A stretch of 40,655 nucleotides of DNA. It comes from Stramenopiles sp. TOSAG23-2. Taxonomy: Eukaryota. How positions within the stretch are numbered: position 1 is the first letter of the stretch; every line of letters starts with the position of its first letter. Both the position numbers and the translations under genes were made by a program. The stretch is from positions 1-40,655 of the forward strand of contig LT649307.1 of NCBI GenBank assembly GCA_900128395.1. The letters run 5' to 3'. Positions 8,643 to 18,910 of this stretch are shown in pieces. A model generated the notes under the pieces. The model made no database searches. It had not been told where the DNA came from and was given only the letters and a program-made list of their open reading frames with translations.

Positions 8643-8846
8643 ATGACAACATCTAAAATATCAGAAAAAGAAATGATACAATTGTTGGAAAATTATCCAT
8701 ATATACAGCAATTAAAAAGCAAAGTAAAAGAGAATCCATCGGTATTCCTGTCAATATTCTTAAAACGTCTGAAAGAAACCAACAAAGATTTATATATCTT
8801 ACTGTTACAAAATAGAAAAATGGTAGCAACTTATCTTTCGTTATAA
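8643..8846 (+). CDS. Small protein resembling a stand-alone Rad23 XPC-binding (STI1-like) domain, 67 aa
   Basis: LENYPYIQQLKSKVKENPSVFLSIFLKRLKETNKDLYILLLQNRKMVATYL follows the L..xP.FQQLR..V..NP..L..lL..l...Np.L..lI.QN pattern; the ATG is in an aaaaATG context. Confidence 0.6.
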   Translation: MTTSKISEKEMIQLLENYPYIQQLKSKVKENPSVFLSIFLKRLKETNKDLYILLLQNRKMVATYLSL

Positions 8847-9071
8847 TTTACAACTATATATATTATATTAGAGTACATTTATATGAGTAAAACAGCGAGA
8901 TAAAAATATTTTTTTAGATTTTATTACAATAACAGGCCTGGCAAGGAGAGATATTAAAAAATAAAGTTATACCGACGTATATTGGTACAAGGGTGACGTA
9001 AACAAAAAAAGTAAAAAAAGAGTATATAAAAATATATTTTATAGGAAGTTCGTACGCAAAGAACATTTTTA

Positions 9072-12017
9072 TCAAACTCTACGTTTAAATTTCTTTTTCT
9101 TTTTTGGTTTAGGTTCCTCAATAACTTTCCATAAATTTTCATATGAAGTGACTCTACTTTTAACATTTGTAATATGTGATATAGTAACTTCTTCCAATGC
9201 GTTTTTAACTTTTGTATCATAATTCTTTTTACGCAATAACCAACCTCTTGCCCTTGCTTGTAATGGTGTAATACATTTTGTTTTTTTAATAGTATCATGT
9301 CTAGTTGCCCCTAAATATTGACGCATAACAGATTGTATTTTGATTACAGAATAAATCTCGAAATCATTATATTCATACCACCTGCAAAATTTATTTTTCA
9401 CGTCGTGTAAATAGATACGCTGTGTTTCTGGTTCACGTAACACGTGGTATTTATGCAAATCAAATTGAAATTGAGCCAATTCGCTTAAATCATAATATTT
9501 CACATGCAATGGTTCTTTTTCACAAAATTTATTGAAACCCCAATATTTATGATGCCAATATTTCAATTTAGTTTGTGGATCTATATATGCAATCCAATAT
9601 TTCACACGTTTTGCTTCTGATGCTGCAAATGCAGCGTCTTGTATAGCTTTTAAACGTCTAGCTTCTTCTTTTCTTTTTCTTAATTTAGCCTTTTGTGCCT
9701 GCCATAATGCTTTTCTAGCAATATCTCTTAATTTTTTCTTCCTTGTCCTAGCCTCACGTGATATTAATGTTCTTACATCTTTCATATGATCTACAATTAA
9801 CGATAATCGCTCTTTCGCTTTTTCTTCTGATAGTTTTTTTGCTTCACGGTATAAACTTTGTGCTTTTTGTTCATCTGAGAAATCAACAGAACCAGACTTT
9901 AAGCGATCTTGCCAACTCTTCCGTAATTCTATACCTTTTGGATGTGCTTTCAAAAATTTTTCTTCAGCCCTACGTTTAACTTTTCGTACAAAGTTTCTTG
10001 CATCTTTCACAGGATCTACAATAACTCCTCCTGTCTTGCCACTTTTTTTTCTCCTCCTACGGCGATTTTCATCTTTTCGTATTATCTTTAATTTATCAAG
10101 TTTCAATACATTTGGTGCCACTTTTGTTTCCGGTGGTGCTGATCCAGGGGACAATGAAGATCCAGGTGGAGATGATAATGTTGCATTTGGATAATAGATT
10201 GATAAAATAGATTGATTGACTAAATCCACACGCCATTTTAATTCAGGTGATTGTTGTTCTTCTACAGGTGCATCACCGATAATATTATCAATTTTGTATA
10301 AAGTTTTGACACGAAATTTTTGCTCGTATTTGCTTATTAAATTATTTGATCTTTCCTTCTTCTGAGGCGATATGCTACGGCGTAAACGATCTGCTTTTTC
10401 CACAATTTTACGCTCACGTCTTCTTGATCTTCTCGAAACAAGTTGCAATTGATTTTTAAAGGATGGAGCTGTTGATAAATTGTCTCGTTCATTATCCCCA
10501 TAATGATAACCATTATGACTACCCATTGGAATTGTTGTATTCATCATCATCATACTATTTGTTGTTCCTGGTCTTCCATATGTATCATTTAAATTATACA
10601 ATGATGTTGGAGATGAATTCAACGGTAAAAATTGTTGTTGTTGTTCTAGCGTTGGGTATGGAATTGGAGTATGAACACGATGATATTTATTTGGTGTCAT
10701 CGACATTGAGGTTGCTGTTGTAGTAGCAGTTGTTGGTAGGGGTATGCAAGACAATTCGCCATTTTCTCCTTCTTGTTGTTGTTTTTGTAACATCATTTCT
10801 TGTTGCCTTGTATATAAGCGTCGCTTTTCCTCTCGCTCTTTTTTCTTTTTCTTTTTCCTTCTATTCAACAGTGCCGCCGTTTTTGCTCGTCTCTGCTTTA
10901 CCTTTTCTTTTTTCACTTTTTCTTTTTTCTCCATAATTTGATCCGTCAATATCGCCGTTTGTGCACGTTTTTTCTCCCGCTCTTTCTCCTGTAATTTCCA
11001 ATGGACAGGCTTATGTGTCGGGAATGATTTTATTGGTGACCGTGCATCAAGGAAATTAGCAGTTGCACATCCCCTAGCATATGTAACTGATTTTCCTATT
11101 TTAAAATCTGAAATGGTTTTAGGTCGTTTTCGCTTTGGTTTTGGTATTAAAGATTTATCAAATGGAAGTAAAAAATTTTCATCATCGTTTTTATAATTAT
11201 TATTATTGACATCAGTATCTACAATATGACTATTATCATCACGTGTAAACCATACATACACCGTGCCAAGTGGTGGATGTATATCAATAACATCATGAAT
11301 ACTATTAATATGACACATACCACCATCAAGCTTCACATGTGGTGGTCCTGGAGTTAACGTACTTGCATCCTCGTGCAACAGTTGCTTAAATACAGGTGTA
11401 ACGTATGGAAACAATTCATTCAACACATTCCAATTGGAAGATTCAAAACGAAACCTCATATCTATTAAATTTTTTACTTTCTTCTTTTGCAATTGAAATA
11501 ATTCATATAAATCTGACATGGAACCAGTATATACATGCGTTTTATGGTCTATGTCATTTGATACGGTTTCATTTGTCGATTTTAATTGCATCTTTGATTC
11601 CTTTAAAAATTTTAACATCGCATCTGGTATTGGATCTCGTAATATAATGCTTGCTTGCGTTTCTAACTTTTTAATATTATTTTTTTTCATTATTTTCTCG
11701 AATTTATCTTTATTAGGTGTTGGTTTCATACCACCTTTCGATAAACGTTTCTCTTTTTCAGCTTGTATTTCCATTTCCTTCTTACGGCGTGCAAAGTCCC
11801 TTTTCTGCCTTTCACTATCAACTTTGTACATCTTTTTTACATAAACCCCGCTTGAATATTTTACATCAATAGGAAATTCTCTCATACTTTTGTATTTAAC
11901 AGACTCATTTGGACCTTCCGGTGTAGCTTTTTCAGCATTTCCCCACGTTATTCCATCACATTGTTTACCCCAATCAACAAAAGATGACCAATGTGGTGGC
12001 GCAGATAAATTTGACAT
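9072..12017 (-). CDS. Basic coiled-coil protein with two WW-like modules and two IQ calmodulin-binding motifs at the C-terminus
   Basis: WW-like: WIAYIDPQTKLKYWHH and YHVLREPETQRIYLHDVKNKFCRW. IQ: IQSVMRQYLG and LQARARGWLLRK. 981-aa ORF. Confidence 0.8.
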   Translation of the reverse strand: MSNLSAPPHWSSFVDWGKQCDGITWGNAEKATPEGPNESVKYKSMREFPIDVKYSSGVYVKKMYKVDSERQKRDFARRKKEMEIQAEKEKRLSKGGMKPTPNKDKFEKIMKKNNIKKLETQASIILRDPIPDAMLKFLKESKMQLKSTNETVSNDIDHKTHVYTGSMSDLYELFQLQKKKVKNLIDMRFRFESSNWNVLNELFPYVTPVFKQLLHEDASTLTPGPPHVKLDGGMCHINSIHDVIDIHPPLGTVYVWFTRDDNSHIVDTDVNNNNYKNDDENFLLPFDKSLIPKPKRKRPKTISDFKIGKSVTYARGCATANFLDARSPIKSFPTHKPVHWKLQEKEREKKRAQTAILTDQIMEKKEKVKKEKVKQRRAKTAALLNRRKKKKKKEREEKRRLYTRQQEMMLQKQQQEGENGELSCIPLPTTATTTATSMSMTPNKYHRVHTPIPYPTLEQQQQFLPLNSSPTSLYNLNDTYGRPGTTNSMMMMNTTIPMGSHNGYHYGDNERDNLSTAPSFKNQLQLVSRRSRRRERKIVEKADRLRRSISPQKKERSNNLISKYEQKFRVKTLYKIDNIIGDAPVEEQQSPELKWRVDLVNQSILSIYYPNATLSSPPGSSLSPGSAPPETKVAPNVLKLDKLKIIRKDENRRRRRKKSGKTGGVIVDPVKDARNFVRKVKRRAEEKFLKAHPKGIELRKSWQDRLKSGSVDFSDEQKAQSLYREAKKLSEEKAKERLSLIVDHMKDVRTLISREARTRKKKLRDIARKALWQAQKAKLRKRKEEARRLKAIQDAAFAASEAKRVKYWIAYIDPQTKLKYWHHKYWGFNKFCEKEPLHVKYYDLSELAQFQFDLHKYHVLREPETQRIYLHDVKNKFCRWYEYNDFEIYSVIKIQSVMRQYLGATRHDTIKKTKCITPLQARARGWLLRKKNYDTKVKNALEEVTISHITNVKSRVTSYENLWKVIEEPKPKKKKKFKRRV

Positions 12018-12217
12018 AGTTGCTCTCTATCGTATGACGTAACTCAAGATGGAGTTGAACGGTTTCTTTGCTGAATTATTCTTTGATACGTTGTTGTTTT
12101 TATCTATGGTTTATTATTTTGTTTTTGTATGTGAAGATGTATAGGAATATGTATTAATTATTTAATAATAATACTACTAATAATAAAGAAGAAAACGGAA
12201 CTCTTTGCACCTTTCTG

Positions 12218-12263
12218 GCTTTCCAGCTTTCCAGCTTTCCAGCTTTCCAGGCTTTCCAGCTTT
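12218..12263. repeat. Tandem 8-mer (gctttcca) x5 in a divergent intergenic region
   Basis: ggctttccagctttccagctttccagctttccaggctttccagcttt read directly. Confidence 0.9.
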
Positions 12264-12625
12264 TCGGGGAAAAAGCGGAAACTCTGATGATGATACCTTA
12301 ATAGATAGCCAGGCCTACACCAAGAACCAAGAGCTATAACGTTCAATGCTATTTCCTGCTTATTAGCAGTAAACGGCGGTGAACAGGTTTACAAAAATAG
12401 GCACCCCACATATGTGGGCGGCCTAGTAGTAGACTTTTCTTTGAAAAGTCTAGGACCTAGATGAGCCTAGTAGTGGAGAGAGTAAAAGTAAATCATATAC
12501 TAAATAAATAAATAAATAAAAAAAAAAAACTTGATGGTAAAAAGAAAAGTAAACCAAACCATTAACATTCAAAACTCTTTGTATTCATTTATATATGAAC
12601 GAAAACGAAAGGTATTTTTTGTCAA

Positions 12626-14470
12626 ATGCAGCGTCGAACGAGAGCGGTCGTGTTCCTGGTATTGTGCTTCGTCACGAATGCAAAAGCCTTTCAACCAGCT
12701 AACAGAATTGAATTAAAAAGCGCTGTAGATGCATGTTTACAAATAGATGATACAGGAAGGACGTGTGAAAAAGATGGCGTGCATATATCACTGTGGGATA
12801 CCTCCAAAGTTACTGATATGAGCAACATGTTTCACAAATATTATAAGTTTAACGGAAATGTAACAAACTGGGACGTTTCAAAAGTAACAACGATGTTTAA
12901 GATGTTTTATATGAACCAAAAATTTCAAGGAGACGTATCTAATTGGAACGTGGGAAAAGTTACAATTATGAGTGGTATGTTTTACTACTGCCGCAAATTT
13001 AATTCAGATCTGTCGAGTTGGGATGTTGGAAAAGTAACTAATATGGAGTATATGTTCGCTACTGCTAACCCTACTACTAACGAACAATTTAATAGCGATC
13101 TATCGAGTTGGAATGTTGGAAACGTCACAATAATGTCACATATGTTTTCTCAATCCAATTTTAATGGAGATATTTCTAATTGGGACGTAGGAAAAGTAAC
13201 CGAAATGAAGTACATGTTTTCAGGCGCTTCAAATTTTAATGGAAATATATCCAAATGGAATATCAGTAAAGTTAAATATATGCAAGGTATGTTTCATAAT
13301 TGCAGAAGCTTCAGCGGCGATCAAATTTCAAATTGGGACGTCTCTAACGTTATTCTTGTAACGGCAATGTTTAAAGGAGCCACCAACTTCAACGGTGATA
13401 TATCGAGTTGGAACCTTGGTAGAGTAACCCAGATGAATGGAATGTTTACAGAAGCTTCAAAATTTAATGGGGATATTTCTAATTGGAACGTCGGAAAGGT
13501 GACTTATATGGATTATATGTTTTCAGGCGCTTCCAGTTTTAACGGAGATATTTCTAATTGGAACGTGGGAAAAGTTACAAGTATGAATTATATGTTTTCA
13601 GGCGCTTCCAACTTCAACGGAGATATTTCTAATTGGAACGTGGGAAAAGTTACAAGTATGACTGGTATGTTTCGTTCAACCAATTATAATGGAGATCTCT
13701 CGGATTGGAACGTTGGCAATGTTAAATACATGTGGGGAATGTTTGAAGATAATAAAAAATTTAACGGAGATTTATCAAATTGGAATGTAGAAAAAGTACA
13801 GTATATGTTCAACATGTTTTCAGGTGCTTCCAATTTCAACGGCAATATTTCAAATTGGGACGTGGGAAAAGTTACAAGGATGGATTCGATGTTTGAAAGT
13901 GCTTCCAACTTCAACGGAGATATTTCAAATTGGAACGTTGCTCGAGTTACTAAAATGAGAAACATGTTCAAAAAGGCTACCAGCTTTAGTCCTACATGTG
14001 GGCAATGGGATTGTCCATTTCCTAGCAGCACAACATGTGCCTGTGTCTGCGACGTCAACGAAACCACAAGACCGGTACTGGTAACAACCACAAGACCGGT
14101 ACTGGTAACAACCACAAAAAGACCACCAAATACGGAGGCACAGAATGTTCATAATAATGGTAATGACAGTACTGATAGCATGGACACGCTATTGAGGATT
14201 TTAATTTTATCATTCGTTGGTTTATGCATATGTAGCATGCTAGGTTTTTTTGTAAAAGTATGGTTTGCACCACGACCTGAAGGAAATTCATTGCAAAATA
14301 GAAATACATGGAACATGAATGCGGTCGAATTAAAGCAAAGAAACCAACCACAAAACAAACAACAAATTCAAAATATAGATCCAGCATTAAATACACAACA
14401 TAATATTAACGTATTAAATCCAGTACGCGAATCTGCAGTTGTTGCGTTTAAACATAAAAATGCAATTTGA
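12626..14470 (+). CDS. DUF285/BspA-like (PARCEL) 25-aa repeat type I membrane surface protein
   Basis: Signal peptide; about 16 repeats of FNGDISNWNVGKVTxMxxMF; Cys patch; Thr-rich stalk (TTRPVLVT x2); TM segment ILILSFVGLCICSMLGFFV; cytosolic tail. Confidence 0.92.
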   Translation: MQRRTRAVVFLVLCFVTNAKAFQPANRIELKSAVDACLQIDDTGRTCEKDGVHISLWDTSKVTDMSNMFHKYYKFNGNVTNWDVSKVTTMFKMFYMNQKFQGDVSNWNVGKVTIMSGMFYYCRKFNSDLSSWDVGKVTNMEYMFATANPTTNEQFNSDLSSWNVGNVTIMSHMFSQSNFNGDISNWDVGKVTEMKYMFSGASNFNGNISKWNISKVKYMQGMFHNCRSFSGDQISNWDVSNVILVTAMFKGATNFNGDISSWNLGRVTQMNGMFTEASKFNGDISNWNVGKVTYMDYMFSGASSFNGDISNWNVGKVTSMNYMFSGASNFNGDISNWNVGKVTSMTGMFRSTNYNGDLSDWNVGNVKYMWGMFEDNKKFNGDLSNWNVEKVQYMFNMFSGASNFNGNISNWDVGKVTRMDSMFESASNFNGDISNWNVARVTKMRNMFKKATSFSPTCGQWDCPFPSSTTCACVCDVNETTRPVLVTTTRPVLVTTTKRPPNTEAQNVHNNGNDSTDSMDTLLRILILSFVGLCICSMLGFFVKVWFAPRPEGNSLQNRNTWNMNAVELKQRNQPQNKQQIQNIDPALNTQHNINVLNPVRESAVVAFKHKNAI

Positions 14471-15031
14471 GAAAGTAGAGTGTGTGTTGTGTGTTGTGTG
14501 TTGAACAAAAAAAGAGAGAGAATGAAGTGTGAGAGTGTGTTTGGTAATGTATTAAATATTATCATATCATATCTCATATTAGCACACATTAAATATTAAA
14601 AATAAGAATTGGTTTATACAAATTAAAATCTTCTACGTTTTATTCGTATAAAAATACGAAACTCTCCGAAAAAAAAAAAGGTACTCGGTACACCTGGTAC
14701 TCCCGAATTTTTTTTTCTCGCGACTACTATATAACTATTATCACTAGTCTATTAATACTGGTGGTAGACTTCTTTACCTGGTATGCTGAGCTATTATAGT
14801 AGCAGCCTATTATAAGCTAGCCCTTTTTTTGGCTTGAGTTAAATACTATACTTATTCTTATTCTTCCCATAAATATACTATAACTATACATGTCAAAAGT
14901 AATATTGTCAGTTGTAAATAGTATATAATCGTCATAAATAAATCCAAGTAACTAAGATATTACTAGGAAATTTTATTTGTAAATATAATTGAAAATCATA
15001 TATAAAGAAAAAGAAGTATAATATAAACAAT

Positions 15032-16717
15032 ATGAATGAAGTGGATCGTTTTTCGGAAACGAAGGACGATGCCATAATGGTAGATCAAAAAAATGATAAC
15101 ATTGTAACAGCATCTTCAAAAATAAATGAACAACAAAAACTAACGGACGAACAAGAACAAGAGCAAATGGATAAAATATTAGAAGGTTCAGAAATCACAG
15201 ATAGTAGAATGCTAGGTAAATATACTGATCCGACACAAAATTTTGTAACTGATGCATTTTGTGCACAGATGTTAACTGGCGATATGGATCCAAACCGTGG
15301 TAGACAAGTTATTGAAGATTTACGTAAAGCTTTAGAAAGAAAACGTGCAAGGGAATTAGCTGAAGCAAGGGGAACCAAGGGAGGTGCAAAAGGGAAACGT
15401 AAATTGCAATTTGTAGGTCAATTAATAAATATTTTAGAGGAGATGTTTAAAGAATTAAATATGTTAGCAATAGTGCCAACAACTACTTTAAGAAAAGCAT
15501 GTAAAGAATTATTACAAAATAAAGGGTTTGAACGATATAACACCGTTTTTGCAACTAGTAAATGTCCTGAAAATCAAGTTGAAATATTTAGAAAAAATGA
15601 CTTTTTACCATTTGGTGGTCCAAAAGGTTATAAAATGGGCGGGCTTGGTGGCTTACCATCCTGTGGTGAAATGGGTATGTTTATGTTAAGCACATTAATT
15701 CCAGAGGATGATGGTAGAATTTTCATTGAATATGGATCTATATTTGGAATAGATGAATATGGTAAACCAGGAAAATCAGCACGTAAAGATGAAAGAAGTG
15801 CTTTGTTGGATGTTGTTAAATTACCAACATTTCCTGATATTGCTTTACGACGTTTGGAAAAAGAAATTATTGCGAAACGACAACAAAATTCAATATCAAC
15901 AGAAGCGCAAAGACGAATAATTCAAGCAAAGCAAAATAAGCAAGTGGAAAATTCAAAACGGGGAGATGGCAGTAATGATGATGATAATAATAATAATTTA
16001 AATGGTAGTGGCAAAGCACAAGCGGAAGGTAATAATGATGGGGAGGATGAAGAAGGTGATATTGATGAAATGAATGATGATAAATTGGAGCCTGATGAAT
16101 TTGATGAAGAATTAAATCATTTAAAGGAATCATTGGCATCGCATCTTAGAAATGTTAGGCGTTCGACACAGTCAGTGAAACGGGTGGCATATGGGTTATA
16201 CGATGAAATACGATCTGAAATTTCAAGTTTAGTGAAATATATTTTTGATAGTAAACGTGAAGAAGCTCAAGAATATTTAAATGAAAATGAACATAGATTT
16301 GAAAGGCAATATAAAAATGAATTGGCGTTAAGTATGACAAGAGAAGGTCGACGTGAATTGGAAAGTCGTGGTAGATTGCATTTGTACAGTAGAGATAGTA
16401 AAGATAGGCGAGAGAAAGACACATTGGAAAATAGAAATAGACATAGACTGAATGATTTATATCTTGATTTTGTAATACCAGTGGCTAGTTTAGGCTGTGT
16501 ACATATTGAAACACCCCCTTTGTTTCCAAATTTTGTTATTGTTCAACATTTTGAAATATTAATGAACGATGGTGATCGATTAGATTTAACACAAAAATTA
16601 TTTCGTAAAATACGTGAGGTAAGAGCTAAAGAGGAAGATGCATCATCAAGTGAAGAAGATGAAAATGAAGATGGAGAAGGTGATGATGGACATGGTGGTG
16701 ATGATGATTATGATTAA
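15032..16717 (+). CDS. LCIB/LCIC (theta carbonic anhydrase)-like protein, probably catalytically degenerate
   Basis: GFERYNTVFATSKCPEN, MGGLGGLPSCGEMG, IPEDDGRIFIEYGSIFGIDEYGKPG and C-terminal VASLGCVHIETP..NFVIVQHFEI occur in the order of LCIB-family motifs as I recall them. Confidence 0.72.
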   Translation: MNEVDRFSETKDDAIMVDQKNDNIVTASSKINEQQKLTDEQEQEQMDKILEGSEITDSRMLGKYTDPTQNFVTDAFCAQMLTGDMDPNRGRQVIEDLRKALERKRARELAEARGTKGGAKGKRKLQFVGQLINILEEMFKELNMLAIVPTTTLRKACKELLQNKGFERYNTVFATSKCPENQVEIFRKNDFLPFGGPKGYKMGGLGGLPSCGEMGMFMLSTLIPEDDGRIFIEYGSIFGIDEYGKPGKSARKDERSALLDVVKLPTFPDIALRRLEKEIIAKRQQNSISTEAQRRIIQAKQNKQVENSKRGDGSNDDDNNNNLNGSGKAQAEGNNDGEDEEGDIDEMNDDKLEPDEFDEELNHLKESLASHLRNVRRSTQSVKRVAYGLYDEIRSEISSLVKYIFDSKREEAQEYLNENEHRFERQYKNELALSMTREGRRELESRGRLHLYSRDSKDRREKDTLENRNRHRLNDLYLDFVIPVASLGCVHIETPPLFPNFVIVQHFEILMNDGDRLDLTQKLFRKIREVRAKEEDASSSEEDENEDGEGDDGHGGDDDYD

Positions 16718-16959
16718 TTTCAATCCGAGGGAGATAAGATTAAATTTATACAAAGACGACATATTTTTCTTACGCGAAGTATAATGATATCTTAATATTA
16801 ATATATTAAATATTCTACGAAGTATATGATATATTTTTTATAAATATTAATATATTTAATTAATGCATAACTTATTTTAAAATATATATTATCTCTCGCT
16901 TTATATTCGGTACATTGAAGAGTTCGTATCATATTTTTTTTCTTTTTTTTCTTTTTCTT

Positions 16960-17888
16960 TTATAATTTACTCAACTTTTCAATAAATTCAGGATCAAATC
17001 TAAAATTTGGTTTTTTCTTTAATAAAAATGCTACCGCACCATGATTCATTCCACCTGTATCGCCCAAGACCTTTTGAAATTTCCTTTCTTCTGCTAGTTG
17101 CTCATCATATGTATTGTTCAACGATTTATCCATTATACGCCTTACAGCATATTGAGCTGCTGTTGGGCCATCTGCTAAACGCATTGCAATATCGTGAACA
17201 GTTGACATAAGTTGCTCATCTGATACACATTTATATACAAGACCAATACGACCTGCTTCTTCACCAGATATGGTATCTCCCAATAATGATAATCCAATTG
17301 CACGTTGTCTTCCAATTAATCTTGGCAATTGAAATGTTGCGCCTAAATCTGGAACAAGTGATAAATTTGGTGTAAACGTCAACTTAAATTTTGCACTTTT
17401 ACAACAAACAGCAATATCACAAACTAAGCTTAAACCAACACCACCACCAGCAGCAGCTCCATTAATAGCACTGACCATAGGCCTTGGAAAATTATAAAAT
17501 GCTTTCATCATAGGATTCCATGAATTTAACATGGATACTGCTACTCCTTCCCCTTCACTTTTATATATTGGCTCTCCATCACCAGGCGGGCCCAATTGAG
17601 CCCCGGCACAAAATGCTCTACCTTCACCAGTAACAACTAACACTTTTAATGTTACATCTTTTGCAAGTTCTTCCAGTGCAAGTGTAATTTTTTCAACACA
17701 ATCAATATTCATAGCATTCATAACTTTTGGACGTGCTGTGGAGCGTAGCGTATGAAAGAATACGGAGTTAGAGAGGATATATCTTTCATAGGATTAGGGA
17801 AATAGAATTTATACTTACTTAATTTTAATATAGCAATTTTCCCATCATGTATACGTTTTATGTTGAAATATCCATGATTATTATTCAT
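16960..17888 (-). CDS. Enoyl-CoA hydratase/isomerase (crotonase), PaaG-like, peroxisomal (PTS1); 2 exons, 281 aa
   Basis: Exon 17888-17819, 83-nt intron GTAAGT..CACAG, exon 17735-16960; splicing restores KIAILKLTRPKVMNAM. Motifs VVTGEGRAFCAG, AINGAAAGGG and LVPDLG; C-terminal SKL. Confidence 0.92.
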
Positions 17889-17931
17889 TATTGTGTATAT
17901 GTATATATTTATATTGAAACGTTAATTTTCT

Positions 17932-18336
17932 TTTTTTGTATATAATGTAAAAATATAGATTACAAATTAAAATTGTTTTGTGTTGTTATGATATATATAG
18001 TTGAATTGAACTAGAGCTATTGTATGTATATTGTATATATATATACTAATATACGATTTCAGAGATTTTTTGTATATAATGTAAAAATATAGATTATAAA
18101 TTAAAATTGTTTTGTGTTGTTATGATATATATAGTTGAATTGAACTAGAGCTATTGTATGTATATTGTATATATATATACTAATATACGATTTCAGAGAT
18201 TTTTTGTATATAATGTAAAAATATAGATTATAAATTAAAATTGTTTTGTGTTGTTATGATATATATAGTTGAATTGAACTAGAGCTATTGTATGTATATT
18301 GTATATACATATATACTATAATACGTTTTTTCAGAG
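17932..18336. repeat. Three tandem copies of a 134-bp AT-rich unit
   Basis: gtatataatgtaaaaatatagat recurs at 17938, 18072 and 18206; minor differences in copies 1 and 3. Confidence 0.9.
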
Positions 18337-18910
18337 AAGATTTCCTACTGTTGTTTGTTGTGGTGTGCTGGTGTTTATTTTTTTTGGCACTTTGTAGTTG
18401 GACTGTACTGACTGTACCTGGTACCTTTGTGGCTTAATGGATAACACCCCCTGTGTCTATACTATAATGCTATAGAACTGCTATCAGAATCGCCAAGTTT
18501 TGTAGTACTGTGACTGTGGTGAGAAGCTCTTCGTATCAAAAAAGTACAGGTTCTATACGACGCTTATGTGCTTATTATTGAAATTTATACGTCATTAACA
18601 ATATTTTTGTTCTAAGTTCACTAGTCGAAACGGGAAAAATCTCCACAATCAAATGTAATTTCTAATTAAATTAATTTTGCACCAAAATAATTTGTAATAG
18701 CACGTACACAGCATTATTGAACACTTCAATCTCTAAAAACAAAATGAGAGATTTTTTATTAATTTATACTACGACAAAATAGATATATACACCAGCATAC
18801 ATTGAAGAAACAATATTATAACGTTAGTATACTATTATAACTTTTGTTTTATATATTTAGATAGTTTATATATTTAAATAAAAATAAGAAAGAAAGAAAG
18901 AAAGAAAAAC

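Noticed and set aside
13684-14589. Minus-strand ORFs over the DUF285 gene
   Set aside because: Antisense shadows of a repetitive coding region.
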